The notes beneath the pieces are model-generated. The model worked only from the letters and a program-made list of their open reading frames with translations, searched no databases and was not told the DNA's origin. Positions 25,423-40,564 of a stretch of 64,000 bases of DNA are shown in pieces (the first letter of the stretch is position 1; each line of letters starts with the position of its first letter). The DNA lies in contig OX597814.1 in the NCBI GenBank assembly GCA_951406725.2, positions 99,944,001-100,008,000 on the forward strand, written 5' to 3'. The DNA is from Octopus vulgaris (lineage: Eukaryota). The position numbers and the translations under genes were made by a program.

Positions 25423-27074
25423 ATTTTGTGATGTCTTTGCAGGTTTATTAATACATTATGCAGATAATTAGATACATGTGTAGATAGGATCTCGAAAACT
25501 TCGCAGATCAATTGATCTGACATTTGTGATTGTAGCAGTAATACCGTTCTATATAGGTGAGCAAAACTGAAATGTAGGATTCCTGTAGTATCGTAGTAGG
25601 GTAGCATAGCGATAATATAGAAAGGATGCTGTTTATATATTGAAGTTTGAACTTTGTTATAAAGTGATGTCAGCGTGGATAAGTCGCCTGGTGTACCAAG
25701 TGAACGGTGGTGTTACGTGTTTAGTTTGATATTTTCGAAATAAAAGATAAAAGGAAAATAAAATTAAACGCTTTATTAAAAATTTAAACTGTAATAAAAT
25801 ATGTTCGTGCATTTAAGTCCTTTGTTCATTATGAAAAAATTAAAAACTTTAAAGCCGACGCACAGCTAGTCCTGGGCCTCAGCAACACTAGGGCTAGGCC
25901 TATTGTTGTCATGTGGTTTACTTCAAACAGCTGTCATAGCAGGTATGAAAGATCTTGTAGTAAAAAATGTCTATTGAGAAGGTGGGTAGTCAACTATTGT
26001 CTGGTGGTTGTAGTTTTACTGTGGCGGATTTAGAGCAGAAATAAATCCTTCTTTGACCGGGTGATTCAGGTTTTACCGAGGGATTAAGGTAACGGCAAAA
26101 AAGTAAATGCAGCGCTCTGAAAATAGGATGAAAGGGGCAATGGCTTTATTCCCTGTATGCGACTTATGGTACCACCTCTAAGAAAGAACATCTGTACTTT
26201 GTAATGCGGGCAATTTCAGATCTGCAAGGGTTTCCCTCGTTAGTTGTTGTCCTAGTGTTCAGGTAATATTACCTCTTTGCACAACCTTATTCTCCTTATT
26301 TTTCTTTCAATCTACTTGAAATCCGAAGCACACAAACTTTTGTAAAGTTTGCTTGTAATGTAAAATCAAAAGTAAATTCAAGATATTGAGGCAAACAATA
26401 GAAACAAAATTTCATGAATAAACTTTAGTTCAGTTGTATTAGTTACATTGTAGTCAACTTAAAAACAGTTGCGTTTGTTACATTATATTGAACATATTTT
26501 TTTAATGTTTTCAACAGCATAATTTTATTTACTTTTCCTTTCTTTGCCATTAACCAATTCAGACTGGAATTGTTAAACGAATTGCATTAAGAGAAACGAT
26601 GCTAAAAGGATTTAAAATTTAAATCAAATTTAAATGACTTGTTTCAGATGGAAAAGCAAGAGAAAGTACAAACATACAACAAACATTTTACAAAAACAAA
26701 CAGAAAAGAATTAAAATTGTTAAGCTTGTGTTGGAGATATCAATAATTTAGTTGTTTAAACATTAAACAGGTGTAAGTCAAAGTTTCGCGAACATTCCAG
26801 CAGTAAATCAAATATACTAGGTAATTTTATCATCAACGAGGTATTTGCCTGATAAAAGAAATGCGAGAGATTGCTCAATAGAATTTATTTCCAAAGCACA
26901 TTCTACAATATGTAAGGAGGAGGACACAATGAAATTTTAATAAATGATGATAGTTTAAGCGAAATATCAACCTGTTAGTGATAATATAACACATTAAAAA
27001 TTCCCTCTCTTTCTTTTTCTCGCTATATCTCTCATACGCATTGTGTGCGTATGTGAGTATATATATATACATAC

Positions 27075-27181
<107 letters not shown>

Positions 27182-27353
27182 CATTTGTATATAAAATGAT
27201 AGATAGAGAGAAAGATAGAAAAATAGACAGATAGAGAGAAAGGATATATAGATAAAGAGAAAGATAGGAAAATAGACAGACTGGCACATAGATAGATAGA
27301 TGGATATATATATAAATAGATAAATAGAGAGAGAGAGAGCTAGATAAATAGAC

Positions 27354-27436
<83 letters not shown>

Positions 27437-27692
27437 CGCACGCTCCAAAACAACTTGCGAATTCAGGCGAACATGTTTACGGAAATGTTAACATATATCC
27501 AAATAAAACCATATAAATAAATATGAACACTTTCATATAGATAGAAGAAATCGGTGTGAATATTGTATATATATCGTATCGCTAAACTATATATACTATA
27601 CAAATACATACACACACGCATTAATGCGTGTGTATACACACACATATATATATATACATACATATATACACACACATTAATGCGTTTGTATA

Positions 27693-27756
<64 letters not shown>

Positions 27757-27953
27757 TGAATGAATTATCCTATGCTTATCGTCAGCATGGAAAATTCGTT
27801 TAACCGAAACCTGGGTAGCAAATTCACGTCAGAAACATGGTTGTGCGACCTGTCCAAGGGTAGAAACTCCGGGTTCATGTGCAGAAATTTGTCTGTTGTA
27901 TACGAATAAATGAAAGAATGGAGTCGAACGAAGATGTTAACAAAATTCCTATA

Positions 27954-28035
27954 CTCTCGACATATGTTTCGAAGACAACATGTTTTCATTCCAAAGGAAT
28001 AAAGGGTGCATTATGCAATCTTCTCACTAGGAAAG
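27954..28035 (-). ncRNA. Degenerate type I hammerhead in a (TA)n-docked repeat starting at ~27755
   Basis: Minus strand: CTTTC-CTAGTGA-GAAGA...TCTTC-GAAAC ATAT GTC-GAGAG. Stems intact, core mutated from CTGATGA. Confidence 0.6.
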
Positions 28036-28897
28036 AAATGGAGCCTCTCTCGACAACAAGACAAACAAAAATTTCGATGACTGCCTACATGGTAAACAAA
28101 GCGATAATGAGTGTTTTTTTTAAAAAAACCGTTAGAAGAATTGACGTCAAAGATAGATAGTAGGAAGAGAAGGGTTAAAGGAATAATAGGCAGGGAACAA
28201 GTGGAGAGGGAAGGGTACGTTGATTGAAGGAATATTCAAAGGCTTAGGAAAGAATTTCGCTATAGAAGTGGGGTGGACGTAAAGCTAATTGTTCAAACCA
28301 CAGTGACTATCGTTATCCTTTATATGAGTAGAAAGTATAAGGTTCCCCTAGTAAACACACTCATAGAAAAATCATACAAATGTAAACACTGGCAGAAATA
28401 TACTTTCTACTCATTTTTGTTCGAAATTTTTACCGGCATCCCCTCTGTCGCCGGGTATAATCTGCGTCTGCGCAGTGGTTTGAAAAGTTAGGATATACAA
28501 TCCGTTAGTTCTACATGTGTATCTGGCTGTCTGTATGTTGAAATCTAAAAGCTATCCCACTGATGAAAACTGGCTTTCAGCGAATATTTTTTTGCTGGAA
28601 ATAGTTAGAAACCATGGTCTGGGAAAAAGTTGAGATGGTAAACATTTTAAATTTTCATTCCTTTCGAGAATTTATCCTTTTTGTGGTTTTTGAGATTTCT
28701 ACTGCTCTTTTTAGTACAACGTTTTCCTATTTGGAAGCCTCTTATTGTATATATATATATATAATATATTATTATATGACTGAACACCAGGCATCCCCTT
28801 CAAAGTAAGTTTTATCTCTCTCTCTCTATGTATATATATATATATACTAATATGTGCATAAATATTTAAGTATACATATATGTATGTGTGTGAATAC

Positions 28898-28941
<44 letters not shown>

Positions 28942-29124
28942 GTATATGTATACATATATACATAAATGCACACGCATGCACGCAGACACACAACACATAT
29001 ACTTACGCATACAAGTATATATATATATATGCACGTATGTAATAATATATGAGTCAGATTGTCTGCGAATTTACGTGTATGTTTCTATGTTGGCTCTTAT
29101 TCTATCTTATGAAATATCTATAAA

Positions 29125-29240
<116 letters not shown>

Positions 29241-29691
29241 CGTACATATATAAATCAAAATAAGGAAACAGGTGCAGCGTATTATTATAAAACAAAACTT
29301 TTGGGGTTCACTTCACATACTTGTCTTTGAACGTTTTCTATGTATCTGTGAGTGCATGATTGATATTATTTTCTACCATATGTAGGCAATTTATAAGTAT
29401 AGAGTTTGCAAGCCGTACGCACACGCTCATAGTAAATTCTGTCGCATGTACATATAAAGTTTATCATAGTTCATGTGGAGAAAGACGAATGGCAATTATC
29501 CTCAAGAAAACACTTGTATTGTTTCTTCAACATACGTGTGTTTATGTATATGATTCTATGTAAATCCTTGTGTCGGCAAAAAGCATCTATAAAAATGTGT
29601 GTCTGTATAAATATAAATATATATATATATTGCGTTTTGGGATTTGGCTTGCAAGATTCTTTATGTGAGTTCGTGTGTTGAAGCTTATTCG

Positions 29692-29927
29692 GTTGTGTCT
29701 GGGGATAGTCATTTTCCTTTTGTGCCTTATAATTTAACAACCTCACCGGTAAAATTTCCACTTATTTCTTTTTATTCTCCTAAAATTTTCGTTGTATCTT
29801 GCATCTTTTTCAATAATCTTGACTCTGTCCGTTATTTATACTGCATTCCTTTTTGTTTGTTTGTGCGCATGTGTGTGGGTTAGTGTGTGTATGTGTGTGT
29901 GTGTGCCTATGCATGTATGTATATACA

Positions 29928-29963
<36 letters not shown>

Positions 29964-30216
29964 TGAATATATGTATACATGCACATGTGTTTATGTATAT
30001 ATGTGTGTGCATGCATACGTATATATATATGTGTGTGTGCATCTGTATGTATGTATTCTGCATATTCATATGCTTGCATGTCAGTGTTTGTGTATTTTTT
30101 ATGTATGTGTGAGTGTGGCAACGAAAGTTTTAGGAAAATAAAAAAGTGGAAATTTTACCGGTGAGAGTGTTAAATTATAAGGCACAAAAAGAAAATTACT
30201 CTCCCAAGACACAACA
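29692..30216. repeat. ~100-bp inverted repeats (29692-29793 / 30119-30216) enclosing a microsatellite-like spacer
   Basis: ttttgtgccttataatttaaca..ctcaccggtaaaatttccactt versus aagtggaaattttaccggtgag..tgttaaattataaggcacaaaa. Confidence 0.85.
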
Positions 30217-30221
30217 GTATA

Positions 30222-30272
<51 letters not shown>

Positions 30273-30278
<6 letters not shown>

Positions 30279-30626
30279 AAAGGGTAAAATTAATTAATTG
30301 ATTAATAATTAATAAGTTTACCAATCAGTTCGGTATGTTAAAAGAACCATTATCGGTAACCTTGTACAAAAGTTCTATAATTATAAGCATAATTATCATC
30401 AGGGCTCAGCAAATTGCTTCACCACATAACGAAATTTTAGAAATAGCAGTTAAAACTATTTCTCTGCCATAGGATATCTCTCAGACAGCAATACTCCTAA
30501 TTCACGTAGGTAAAGAGAAAATTAACGAATCCACCCGGCTTTTGATCAACCGCATACGCGTTTCTGGATTAAAGAGATGTAAAATTTTATTTTTACTCAC
30601 TTATTTTCGTCTTCAGTGTAGTATTT

Positions 30627-30630
<4 letters not shown>
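30273..30630 (-). mobile_element. Retrozyme-like non-autonomous element between two (TA)n tracts; HHR at 30549-30622
   Basis: Minus strand: actaca-CTGAAGA-...-GAAAC GC GTA-tgcggt. Terminal hairpin, agggct/ttagcaa..ttgc..caccaca and ttagaaatagcagt blocks are shared with 60718-61100. Stem II is degenerate. Confidence 0.7.
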
Positions 30631-30705
<75 letters not shown>

Positions 30706-31656
30706 ACATACATATAGATGTGTGTGTATGTGCGTGTGTTTGACTGTATAAATGTTCATATTTGTGTTTGTGCCTGTGTGTCCAAGAGAAGACTACAGAT
30801 TTTCTGTTAAACATGTCATATCAAAAACACGATGATGTGTCACTATATATAGGCTTTAAGATATCGAATGTAATTAGAAATTGTAGTTGTATTGCAATAA
30901 TGCTCTATTAATACTAGTTCATGATAACGTCTAATAAACATTTGTTGTGTTTTATGAGAATTTGCTAACATCATTATCTTTTCTATACTCATGGTGTATT
31001 TGGTTCATATAGTATGAATATTCTATTTTAGTTTTTATTTTTATCACATTCGTTGTCAGAGAATTTATAGAATTGAATTTAAAATACAGAAATATGTAAT
31101 TACACATCCGCGTCCAAAGTTTAGGCATAAATACGAGGTTGAAAAACAACAGACACATTATACTTTTAATACTAAAACCATCTGCGTGTACCTAAACACA
31201 CTATACACATACTAACACACATTAGCATATATGTGTATGTATGTATTTAATTCATCTGTGATCAGTTGTATAAGACATGTAGGATCACGTGTGTGTTTCC
31301 GTGTGTGCGTGTTGTATGTGTGCGTCTGCGCGTGTGTATGTTCGTGTTTATATGTGTGCTTCTTCGTCTGTTTGTTTGTGTGTGTGTATGTGTGTATGTG
31401 TGTGTTTGTTTGTGTGTGTGTGTGTAATGATACTGCTTATGCAATTTTTAAACTCCTGAAACGGTGGTTGTAAGTTTATCAATAGGTGGTCATGATGGTG
31501 TAGGACATTTTGGCACATCTCTTTTGAAATCCTGTGCCTTTGCTGGGTCTTAATTTGACAGCAACGAGAAACGTATGTACCAGCGCTCGAAATTATGTTG
31601 TGCTAACATCAGGATCTAGAATGCAGTCAGTTAATATTCGTACAAGATCGAACGCT

Positions 31657-32941
31657 TACCAAGTGTTATCAAATAGTTCTCAGACTTGTTCTGTAACGAG
31701 CCAACAAATGGCAGTACTTGGTTCCATGTGCAGTGAGAACTAACAGAAACCTTCATGAGGCAGTGTGACGAGTGGCATTCCTGTGTTTACTTCGCAAGTA
31801 GTGAAATTCATGTTTTTCTTATCACGTGCATGCTGTAGTCTATGACCTGTCATGGACATGAAGTGTAAGCAAAGAGCCAAGATGAAATTTTGCGTTAAAC
31901 GTCTGAAGTCTGCTATAGTGACGATAAGCTTACAGTGACGGGGCAATCGGTCATACGCAATGATTCGAGTGACTCAGGTGCTTCATAAGTAGAAGAACAT
32001 TCCTGGAAGACTATTAGCGATCTGGAAGATCTTTCCCGAGAGTCACCCCCCGAAATGTGGGGAAAATTCATTAGCTTGTACATGAGGATCGTCGGAGGAC
32101 AACCAACGGCATTACTGTCATATAGGTCCGTGCGAACAATCCTAATGTCTGAATTGAACATGCGGCATATCTCTGACAAATTTGTGCTACATCTACTAAC
32201 CAATTAGCAGAAATAACACCACGTCAAAGTTTATCAAGGTTTCCGTCAGCGTACCGCTGATGACTCATCATTTATGTCGAAGATCTTCGCCGGTAATGAG
32301 AGGTGAGTCTACGGGTACGACTTTGAGATGAAGCAGTAGTAGTCACAGATGAAGAGGCCTTCATCTCCACGACCGCAAAAGGCACAACAGAACTGCAACC
32401 CAATCAGGAGCATGCTCATCGTTTGTTCGGCATCCGCAGTATTTTGCGCCGAAATTTTGTCCCCCAGAGCCAGGATGCCAATCGGAAGTTCTACTGTGGT
32501 ATTTTGAAGCACTTGAGGAATGAGATTCAGGGAAAGAGACCGGATCTGTAAAGAGCGAAGAATTGGATTTTTCACGACGATAATGTACCCTTTCACCGAG
32601 CTCTTCTCACTCGTGAGTTTCTCGCTAAAGACAACAATGTATCGCTTGCACATCTGTCCTATTCGCTAGATTTAGCACCTACAGACTACCATCTCTTCCC
32701 CAAGTTGAAAGTGCAGTTCAAATGTTGCCGTTTTAAATCAAGAAATCAAGAACGAATCGCAGAAAGCCCTCTTACGGAAAACGACTTCCAGACCGGATTC
32801 CAAAAGGAACAGGAACACTGGGACTGGTGCATCGCTGTGCAAGGGGACTATTTCGAAGGAGAGGATGTTGAAACTTAGCTAAATAAGTTATTTTTATATT
32901 AAACACAATTAGTCTAGGATCTTTTTTTATACTACACTGTA
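31657..32941 (+). mobile_element. Full-length but decayed mariner (DD34D) transposon, ~1.29 kb; transposase pseudogene
   Basis: Interrupted motifs: GNE.*VYGYDFEMKQ, PSSPRPQKA, FHDDNVPFH, YSLDLAPTDYHLFPKLK, QGDYFEG. Degenerate TIRs with TA ends. Confidence 0.85.
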
Positions 32942-34604
32942 ATTTATTTCAGTAAAGATTGTGAGTTCACGAAAACCTCCATAGTTTTGAAAATCTATTG
33001 ATTTCTGTTGTTACTAGCTCTTTTATACCCCTATGAGATTTTTTAAAAATTCTTAATAACATGGGGTTAAAAGCAGCGCAGAAAAATATATGCAAAACAA
33101 TAATGTGTGTCATAGTGAACGTACGTTAAATTTTCGAGACATTCGGAGAAACAAAATAGTGTTCCCAAACCGGTGAAAGATGATACTCCATGATTAATTA
33201 ATTAGTTAAGATGTTAATGAAAATGATATTAGACATCATACATAGCTATTTGAGACAGAAAAGGATGGAGACATTACTGGAGCCCTCTATAAAACTGACG
33301 TTTGTTTTATCAGGGATTTTATTAGCTGAAATGGAGCACCGGTAGTGAAGTAAATGCTTAGTTTCGGAGTCTGTTACGAGAATAAGAGCTCGTAGATAAT
33401 CAAGTAAAATTATGTGAAGACATATTTACTCATATATCTTGCTAAAAGTATTGCAATGCTTGAATTCAAATTGATAACTATATTATGGCATATGTTAACG
33501 ATTTGCATAAATCTGTATAATATGGTATCAAAGTTTGGAGCAAGAGTCGTTAGTGTTATATTTGTCAGTGTGTAGAGAATATCATGAGGTTTAATTATTA
33601 CATAAAATCATTTCATTTGGGAGTCGAAATGCCATCACAGTCTGGTATTTTACCTCTGTGGCACCTCTGAATCTAATGTTTGTAGATGGTTAAAAGAGAT
33701 TGCATTAAAACCAGTTACTTTAATATCCATCCTATGTTGTTACTTTGTCTTCAGTCTAATTGTTGATGGCAGAGAAACAGCAGGGTTAGATTTGCATCAG
33801 CAGATATTTGCCACGTCGTGAAATTATGAAGTGTTTCGATTAGTTGGTTAAAACTATTCAAGTGAGAGAGAGGGGGAAATTCCAAAGACGGCAAGAATGT
33901 GAGAGTGTCAGATGATTAGAATAATTCGAGAGAAGAGAGAGAGGGAGAAAGAGAGAGAGATGTATATAAATATAAAATCTTTTTCACTGATGTGTTATAC
34001 TAATACATCAGTTTGTTGTCTACACCACCTGTCTTCATCTTTTGCCTTTTTGTGTGTGAATTCTCCCTGTATATAAATATAGGTCGATGATTTATCAATA
34101 ATACAAGCGTGTTCACAATCACATTCAGACACAACATTTTATATACACAGATATTATACATATGTCTATGTATGTCATTATTCAGCTTATTTCAAGATTT
34201 CTTACCAATAAAGAACCGGTTTCTAACCTAGATCCAAGATTCCTTCATTGGAATTTCAACGGCAACAACAGGGTATTTTTGTATGTATGTATTTATGTAC
34301 GTTTGTATGTATGAGCAGATTTGTATGTTTTATGTATGTATTCTCATGCGTATAGTTATTTATCTAGACATGCTCTTGTATATTTAAATGATAGTATGTA
34401 TGTATGTAATTGAAATGTTATAAGAAACCTATCTATTCATTTAATCTGCATATGGTTTTTACATATCGTGGAAATATTCCCCGGCACATTGATAAGCTGA
34501 AAATCAGCGCCGACCGGATCCTGATCAGTTGAATAAGATTGTTCTATTGAAAAACCGCTTTGGCCGCAAGAGACTAGAATTAATATTTGATCCTTTTGTT
34601 TATT

Positions 34605-34991
34605 TCAGGCAGATCCAGCTGGTTTCCTTGAACGTTCCATAACCCACCATGAGTGTTGGCTTCATCACTTTGCGCCAGAGACAAAGATAATTCACTCAGT
34701 GGGTACATCTCTCCTCATCCGCTCCAAAGAAGGCCAAGGTTGTTTCATCCGCAGGGAAGGTGATGGTTTCAGTTTTAGGGGATGCACAAAGCATTGTGTT
34801 TAGTATTTTTAAAAGGGGTACTCCATCAATGAGAGTACTATGCCAACTTGCTGAGGCAGTAACGAAAGGCGATCAAGCCCAGAAAAACTGACGGAAGGTG
34901 TCTTATTTCATGAGGAAAATGCTCCATCATACAAGTCTTTGGTTTCAATGGTTGTTTTGCATGGAGGTGCCTTTAAACTGGTTGATCACCG

Positions 34992-34992
<1 letters not shown>
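34605..34992 (+). pseudogene. Mariner transposase fragment (irritans/Himar-like)
   Basis: FLERSITHHECWLHHFAPETK...SSAPKKAKVVSSAGKVMVSVLGDAQSIVF, with frameshifts. Confidence 0.8.
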
Positions 34993-35085
<93 letters not shown>

Positions 35086-35730
35086 GTAAAAACTTTCGTA
35101 CATTCGTTTCAGTACCGCCAGACATTGACACTACTTTCAGAGATTGTTAGTCGATCCTGGCAACTTTAATACTTATTTGCGTTAGAAAGTATATTATTGT
35201 TCAATATTTAAACTTAATAATTTCCACGCAGTTCTTGTCATTATTTAACAGGCAATGTTCCTTCAAACATATATCACTTCTGCACTTTTACGTATGTATG
35301 TATGAACTATGTAATAAGTGCGCGCGTGTGTTTCAATGAGGGAGAAAAATGAGCTTGTAGGAGTGTGCCTCTGAGATAAACAGGGAGAATATATGTATGT
35401 ATGTATGTATGTATGTATATGTCTATCTATCTATTTATCTGTCTATCTATCTATACGTTTGTCTCTGTCTGTCTGTCTGTCTATCTATCTATTTCTCCAT
35501 CTATCTATCTATCTATCTATCGATCTGTCGGTCTGTCTGTCTGTCTATATATTTACATATATTTATGCTCGTATATATGGGTCTATAAATATACATGCGC
35601 AAACACCATATACATAGACACCCACACACATACATTCTTCCATTAACTGCTAGTTAGTGGGCAGATTATAAATGTGTGTGCGTGTGTGTGTGAGAGTGTG
35701 TGTATGTGTAATCGTCTTGCTCTTCCCACC

Positions 35731-35774
<44 letters not shown>

Positions 35775-36713
35775 AGAGAGAGAGAGAGAGAAAGAGAAAC
35801 ACACATACATGCGTACAAACATATATACATTGAATGTATGCCTGTTAGTGTGATTCATCTCAGTATGCCTTCTTTACAGAAGTCCTATTCATTGATGTAC
35901 TGTTTTGTATTTCATCTCTGATGTTTATTTTGTCACATCATTCAAGCGTATGTTAAGTTTTTATCATGTTATCTCGGAGGTATTTACAAACTACTTGATT
36001 ATGATAAAGACTCGTATATGTTGTTCAACTATCCATTGATACGACCCGTTCTTTGACATTTATAACAAATATACATACGCATACACACAAACAAGCATAC
36101 ACACACATATTCACAGGCACAGATGTATACATGTGCGAGCACGCACACGCATGCGTACATAAATAGTGAGTGAAACTTGTGAACCGAGTCAGAAAGTTAC
36201 TAGTAGAAAGAAGAAGAAAAAACACATTTCACGTCTTTGACGTGAGAAGAGAACATACACAACGTTGATATCAATTACTTGTTTTCTTAACTTTGCTTAT
36301 ACTATTTTTGTAAGAAGCGAGAGATCAAACAGTGTTGAAGGTATATTTTGCCCGTATAAATAATTTTATGAGTAATAACTGATTATAGCTAAATATAGTA
36401 AATGACGTTTTGAATATTTCCTTTAAAAACTTTGGATTTGGAAATATCATATATAAGAAAGTAATTGAGTTAGGACAAATAAATGTCGATGCTGTTATTG
36501 CTTCTGCTTCTTACTCTGTTGCTAATGACAATCACTGTTTTTGAGCTGACACAATCGTTAGCAAGCCAGACCAAATGTTTAGGGCATTTCGCCCGTATTT
36601 ACATTGTCAGGTCAAATTTCGCCGTGGTCGACTTAGCGGTTTATGATTTCGCACACGATAAAAATATAATTTCATCGTTTCCAAATGGCTAGAGCACTGG
36701 GGTCGATATAGAT

Positions 36714-36945
36714 ATTTCTTTATTGCCCACTGCGGGCTAGACACAGAGGAGACAGACAAGGACAGACAAACGGATTAAGTCGATTACATCGACCCCAGTG
36801 CGTAACTGGTACTTATTTAATCGAGAACGAAAGGATGAAAGGCAAAGTTGACCTCGGCGGAATTTGAACTCAGAAAGTAACGGCAGGCGAAATACCGCTA
36901 AGTATTTCGCCTGGCGTGCTAAGGATTCTGCCAGCTCGCCGCCTT
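36714..36945 (-). mobile_element. Young SINE family D copy inserted in an older family D copy, with TSD
   Basis: Reverse complement of the 56470-56700 type. gg(g/a)gtcgatata on both sides. Confidence 0.85.
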
Positions 36946-37429
36946 GGAGTCGATATAATCGTCTTATCTCCCCCGCCCCCAACTTGATGTCCTTGAGCCT
37001 ATCGTAGAAAGAAATTTTATTATAATCATCATCATAGTCGTCGTCATTATCATCATTGATGGGAAATCACGAATACGAGAACAACTACAAAAACGCTAAC
37101 AAAGACGGCACCTACAACAACAACGACGACGACAGCAACAACAACGACAAGGCAGGTGGTAGCGGCGACATCTCAAACAGGCAATCTTTGCTGGCAAGGT
37201 ATCGAAGTAAACAATTTTACTTCTCGCTTTCTCTAAACAACAAGCAGACACATCTGATACAGCTTACGCAACTTGTGAAACAAAAAGCGAGAGCTCAACC
37301 TGCAATTATAGTTGCCAAACTTTTAACTGTATCTGGGTGAAAAGCGTAGCTGTATCGCTGCATGTCGTTGAAAACATTACGCCTAGAAACAATTCATAGC
37401 CATATATGAAGATCCCTCAAACATGTTTG

Positions 37430-37720
37430 GGAAATTCTGGAACATGTCTCCAGAATAAGATGTCCTTTCGAAAGCAAAATCTTTGTGCTGAGTTTTCCGT
37501 AGTTTCATAAGCCACAAGTAAACTCATCCTGTTCACAACATATTTAGTAAGAGAGGCCTAATGCATTGCGAGTGAGCACTTTCCACCAGTAGTGTACTTT
37601 TGGTGGAACTTTCTTTGTGTTGTTCTGGAGAGGAGTGACACTATAATTAACGTAAAACGAAATGAGAGAAATTTGGTCTGGGTTCACATTGGCGATCCTC
37701 CAGCGGATCAGAACGGAGGA
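37430..37720 (-). pseudogene. Possible decayed Tc1/mariner-superfamily N-terminal HTH region
   Basis: Weak resemblance only (YSVTPLQ...RKFHQ...VLTRNAL). Heavily disrupted. Confidence 0.2.
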
Positions 37721-38260
37721 TGTGGAAACAACGTCTGCAGGTTTTCACCCTTCTTTAAATGTACTTTTCTACAGTTAGACTTTTTGACAGAACTGCATTT
37801 CTGGATCAAGCGTACATGAAAACAGGGTGACTGGCACTTAGCGTCTCTCATGTGCTTACAAACCTTTGCCTGTCAAGAAATGCGTTAAGTGATTGTTTCA
37901 GTGCAGCGTAATGTAGTGGATTCTTGGTGGGTAAAAGCAACGACCGCCTCGAGGAAACTTTGGGCTTTAACTGAAAAAACTGTCTGGCATGCTCCGGAAG
38001 AATTTCACTCCTAGACCCATGGATTATTTCTAGAAATCTCAGGTTTGTATGTACTGCGTGTATCTCTGGCTTATTTGTGTACGTGTATATGTCCTCGATT
38101 CAGGACATATACACGATGAAAATATAATTTCATCGTTTACAAATGGCTAGAGCACTGGGGTCGATATAGATATTTCGCTGGGACAAATATAATATCAGTG
38201 CTAATGATATTTCGTTCTTTCATTTTCTGGAAGTTTTCTAAAAGTGTTCGGCTACGGATT

Positions 38261-38344
<84 letters not shown>

Positions 38345-39231
38345 TATGTATGTACTACTGACTTTTCTAAATACCATCCGCTTAGAATATATTTTCTTGC
38401 TGCATTTAATCATTCCCACACCCATTTGTACTTTGTCATGGTAGTGATAACACGAAGGAAGACTCATAATAAAAGCTAAATATCCATCAGTGGTGATGAT
38501 CCTGCGAAAAGCGCAGAGACCACACTAGATAAAGATAAAAATTGCCAGAACACACGCATATATTCCATGTTAAAAGATAAGTAGATTAGAATGAATTTGC
38601 ACATCAAACTTTTACTTTCCGTGCGTGCGTGAAGTTATTGCCACACACGTACAGCAGATATATTCATATATTTACACACATACACACATTCACAAACATA
38701 CACATGTATATGTATTTATTAATATATTAGAACTATGATATGAAGATATAGATATACAACCATCGGAGGAGATAGGAAAAGCGAGACAGATGTGGGTGAG
38801 GGTGAGTGGAAAAAAGCGAAAAGACTGAAATTGAAGAAGGCAAAAGTGAAAGGAAGATGAAACTGATTACATGAATACATGTATGTGTGTGTGTGCTTAT
38901 TAGTACGACGTTTTGAGGATGAATATATGTTTGCTTCTATGTTTATGTCTACATACAATACGGTATCTTACCACACAAGCTTACAGATCCATCAGTGTAT
39001 CTAGTCATCATTTATTCAGTTTTTATCTCTCACGATTAATAATTCCAACATGTTAATTTCGCAAAAATGCTACACTTATACTCTAATTTCATATGTCCCT
39101 ATACCCTATACATGAACTATCTCACTTATTGTCTCTTTATCTCATGGCCCCTCACAGATACACTCATAAGAATATATATATACATACATACATACATACA
39201 TATTTATATATATATATATATATATATGTTC

Positions 39232-39430
39232 TTTTATTCTTTTACTTGTTTCAGTCATTTGACTGCGGCCATCCTGGAGTACCACCTTTTGATCGAAGAA
39301 ATCGACCCCAAGACTTATTCTTTGTAAGCCTGGTACTTATTCTATCGGCTTCTTTTGCCAACCCGTTAACTTACGGGGACGTAAACATACCAGCATCGGT
39401 CATCAAGCGATAGTGGGGGACAAACACCAA
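39232..39430 (-). mobile_element. SINE family A, 3' half
   Basis: ttttacttgtttcagtcatttgactgcggcc...ggggacgtaaacataccagcatcgg. Confidence 0.8.
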
Positions 39431-39520
39431 CAAGAAAGCACAAACACACACACACACACACATATATGTATGCATATATGTGTACACATATATATACACA
39501 CACACATATATATATGTGTA

Positions 39521-39561
<41 letters not shown>

Positions 39562-39568
39562 ATATATA

Positions 39569-39616
<48 letters not shown>

Positions 39617-39660
39617 ATATATATACATACATACACACACACTCACACACACATATATAT

Positions 39661-40045
39661 ATCTTTAAAATGAGGGTGAGAAATTTGGATATATTAATTT
39701 AATTAACTTCCATTTAACACCAGTGGACTAGCATATTAAAATCTGAAAGTTCAGTAAATTGTATTATATACATATGAGAATGATGACCACTATGTGGACA
39801 ACCTTTATGCTAGAAGTAGATCCGCTATGGTCTTACCACTAAGAAATGTTCTCAAGAAAAATTTTACAAACACCAGAACGTAAGCGAGCAAGACAAATGA
39901 AAAGTAACAAATGTTTGCTATTTTTTCTTGAGAAGGGTATATCCTCTAAAATTGATAAGTGATTAATAAAACGGACTGGGCAGACGAGAACAATGATGAT
40001 TATGCGTTTCTACTTCACTAGGCGTCTTCATCACGACTATTGATT
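39661..40045 (-). mobile_element. Degenerate retrozyme-like element docked on a microsatellite
   Basis: Begins aatgagggtgagaaatt..attaatttaattaac..acacc, like 60718 and 30273. Hammerhead remnant on the minus strand near 39995-40040 (tgatgaagac...gtaGAAACGCATAatcat). Confidence 0.45.
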
Positions 40046-40515
40046 AACCTTATCTCCAGTAGCCAAGAGACTTTAGCTTGTACAAAATGAGTTGAATACA
40101 TTTATTATCATTACCCTGTGGGTGATATTGGTCGACGGAAACTGTTTACGTTTTTGTTTTAGTCTAAGGGCTTGGCAACATGCGTTACTTTATTTATGTC
40201 CCCATACTTTAATAGTTTGGTAAAAAGTAAACGATACAATTAGTCCTAGATACGTTTAAAAAGTACGATTTAGGGCTGATATGATCGATTAAACTTTTTA
40301 AGGTGGTGCCTCAACATGAAAACAATGTCCTATGATTGAAACGAACAAAGGAGTAAATGAACATGCAAATACATGATACTTTTAACAGAATCTCAATTGA
40401 TCAGACTTGATAATTTTTATATAAACTTATTTCCAATTAGTAATATAAACAAAGTGATAACTGTATAGCATACATAATATTTAAATTCATTGTAAATTGC
40501 AGCAAAGTAGAAATG

Positions 40516-40564
<49 letters not shown>

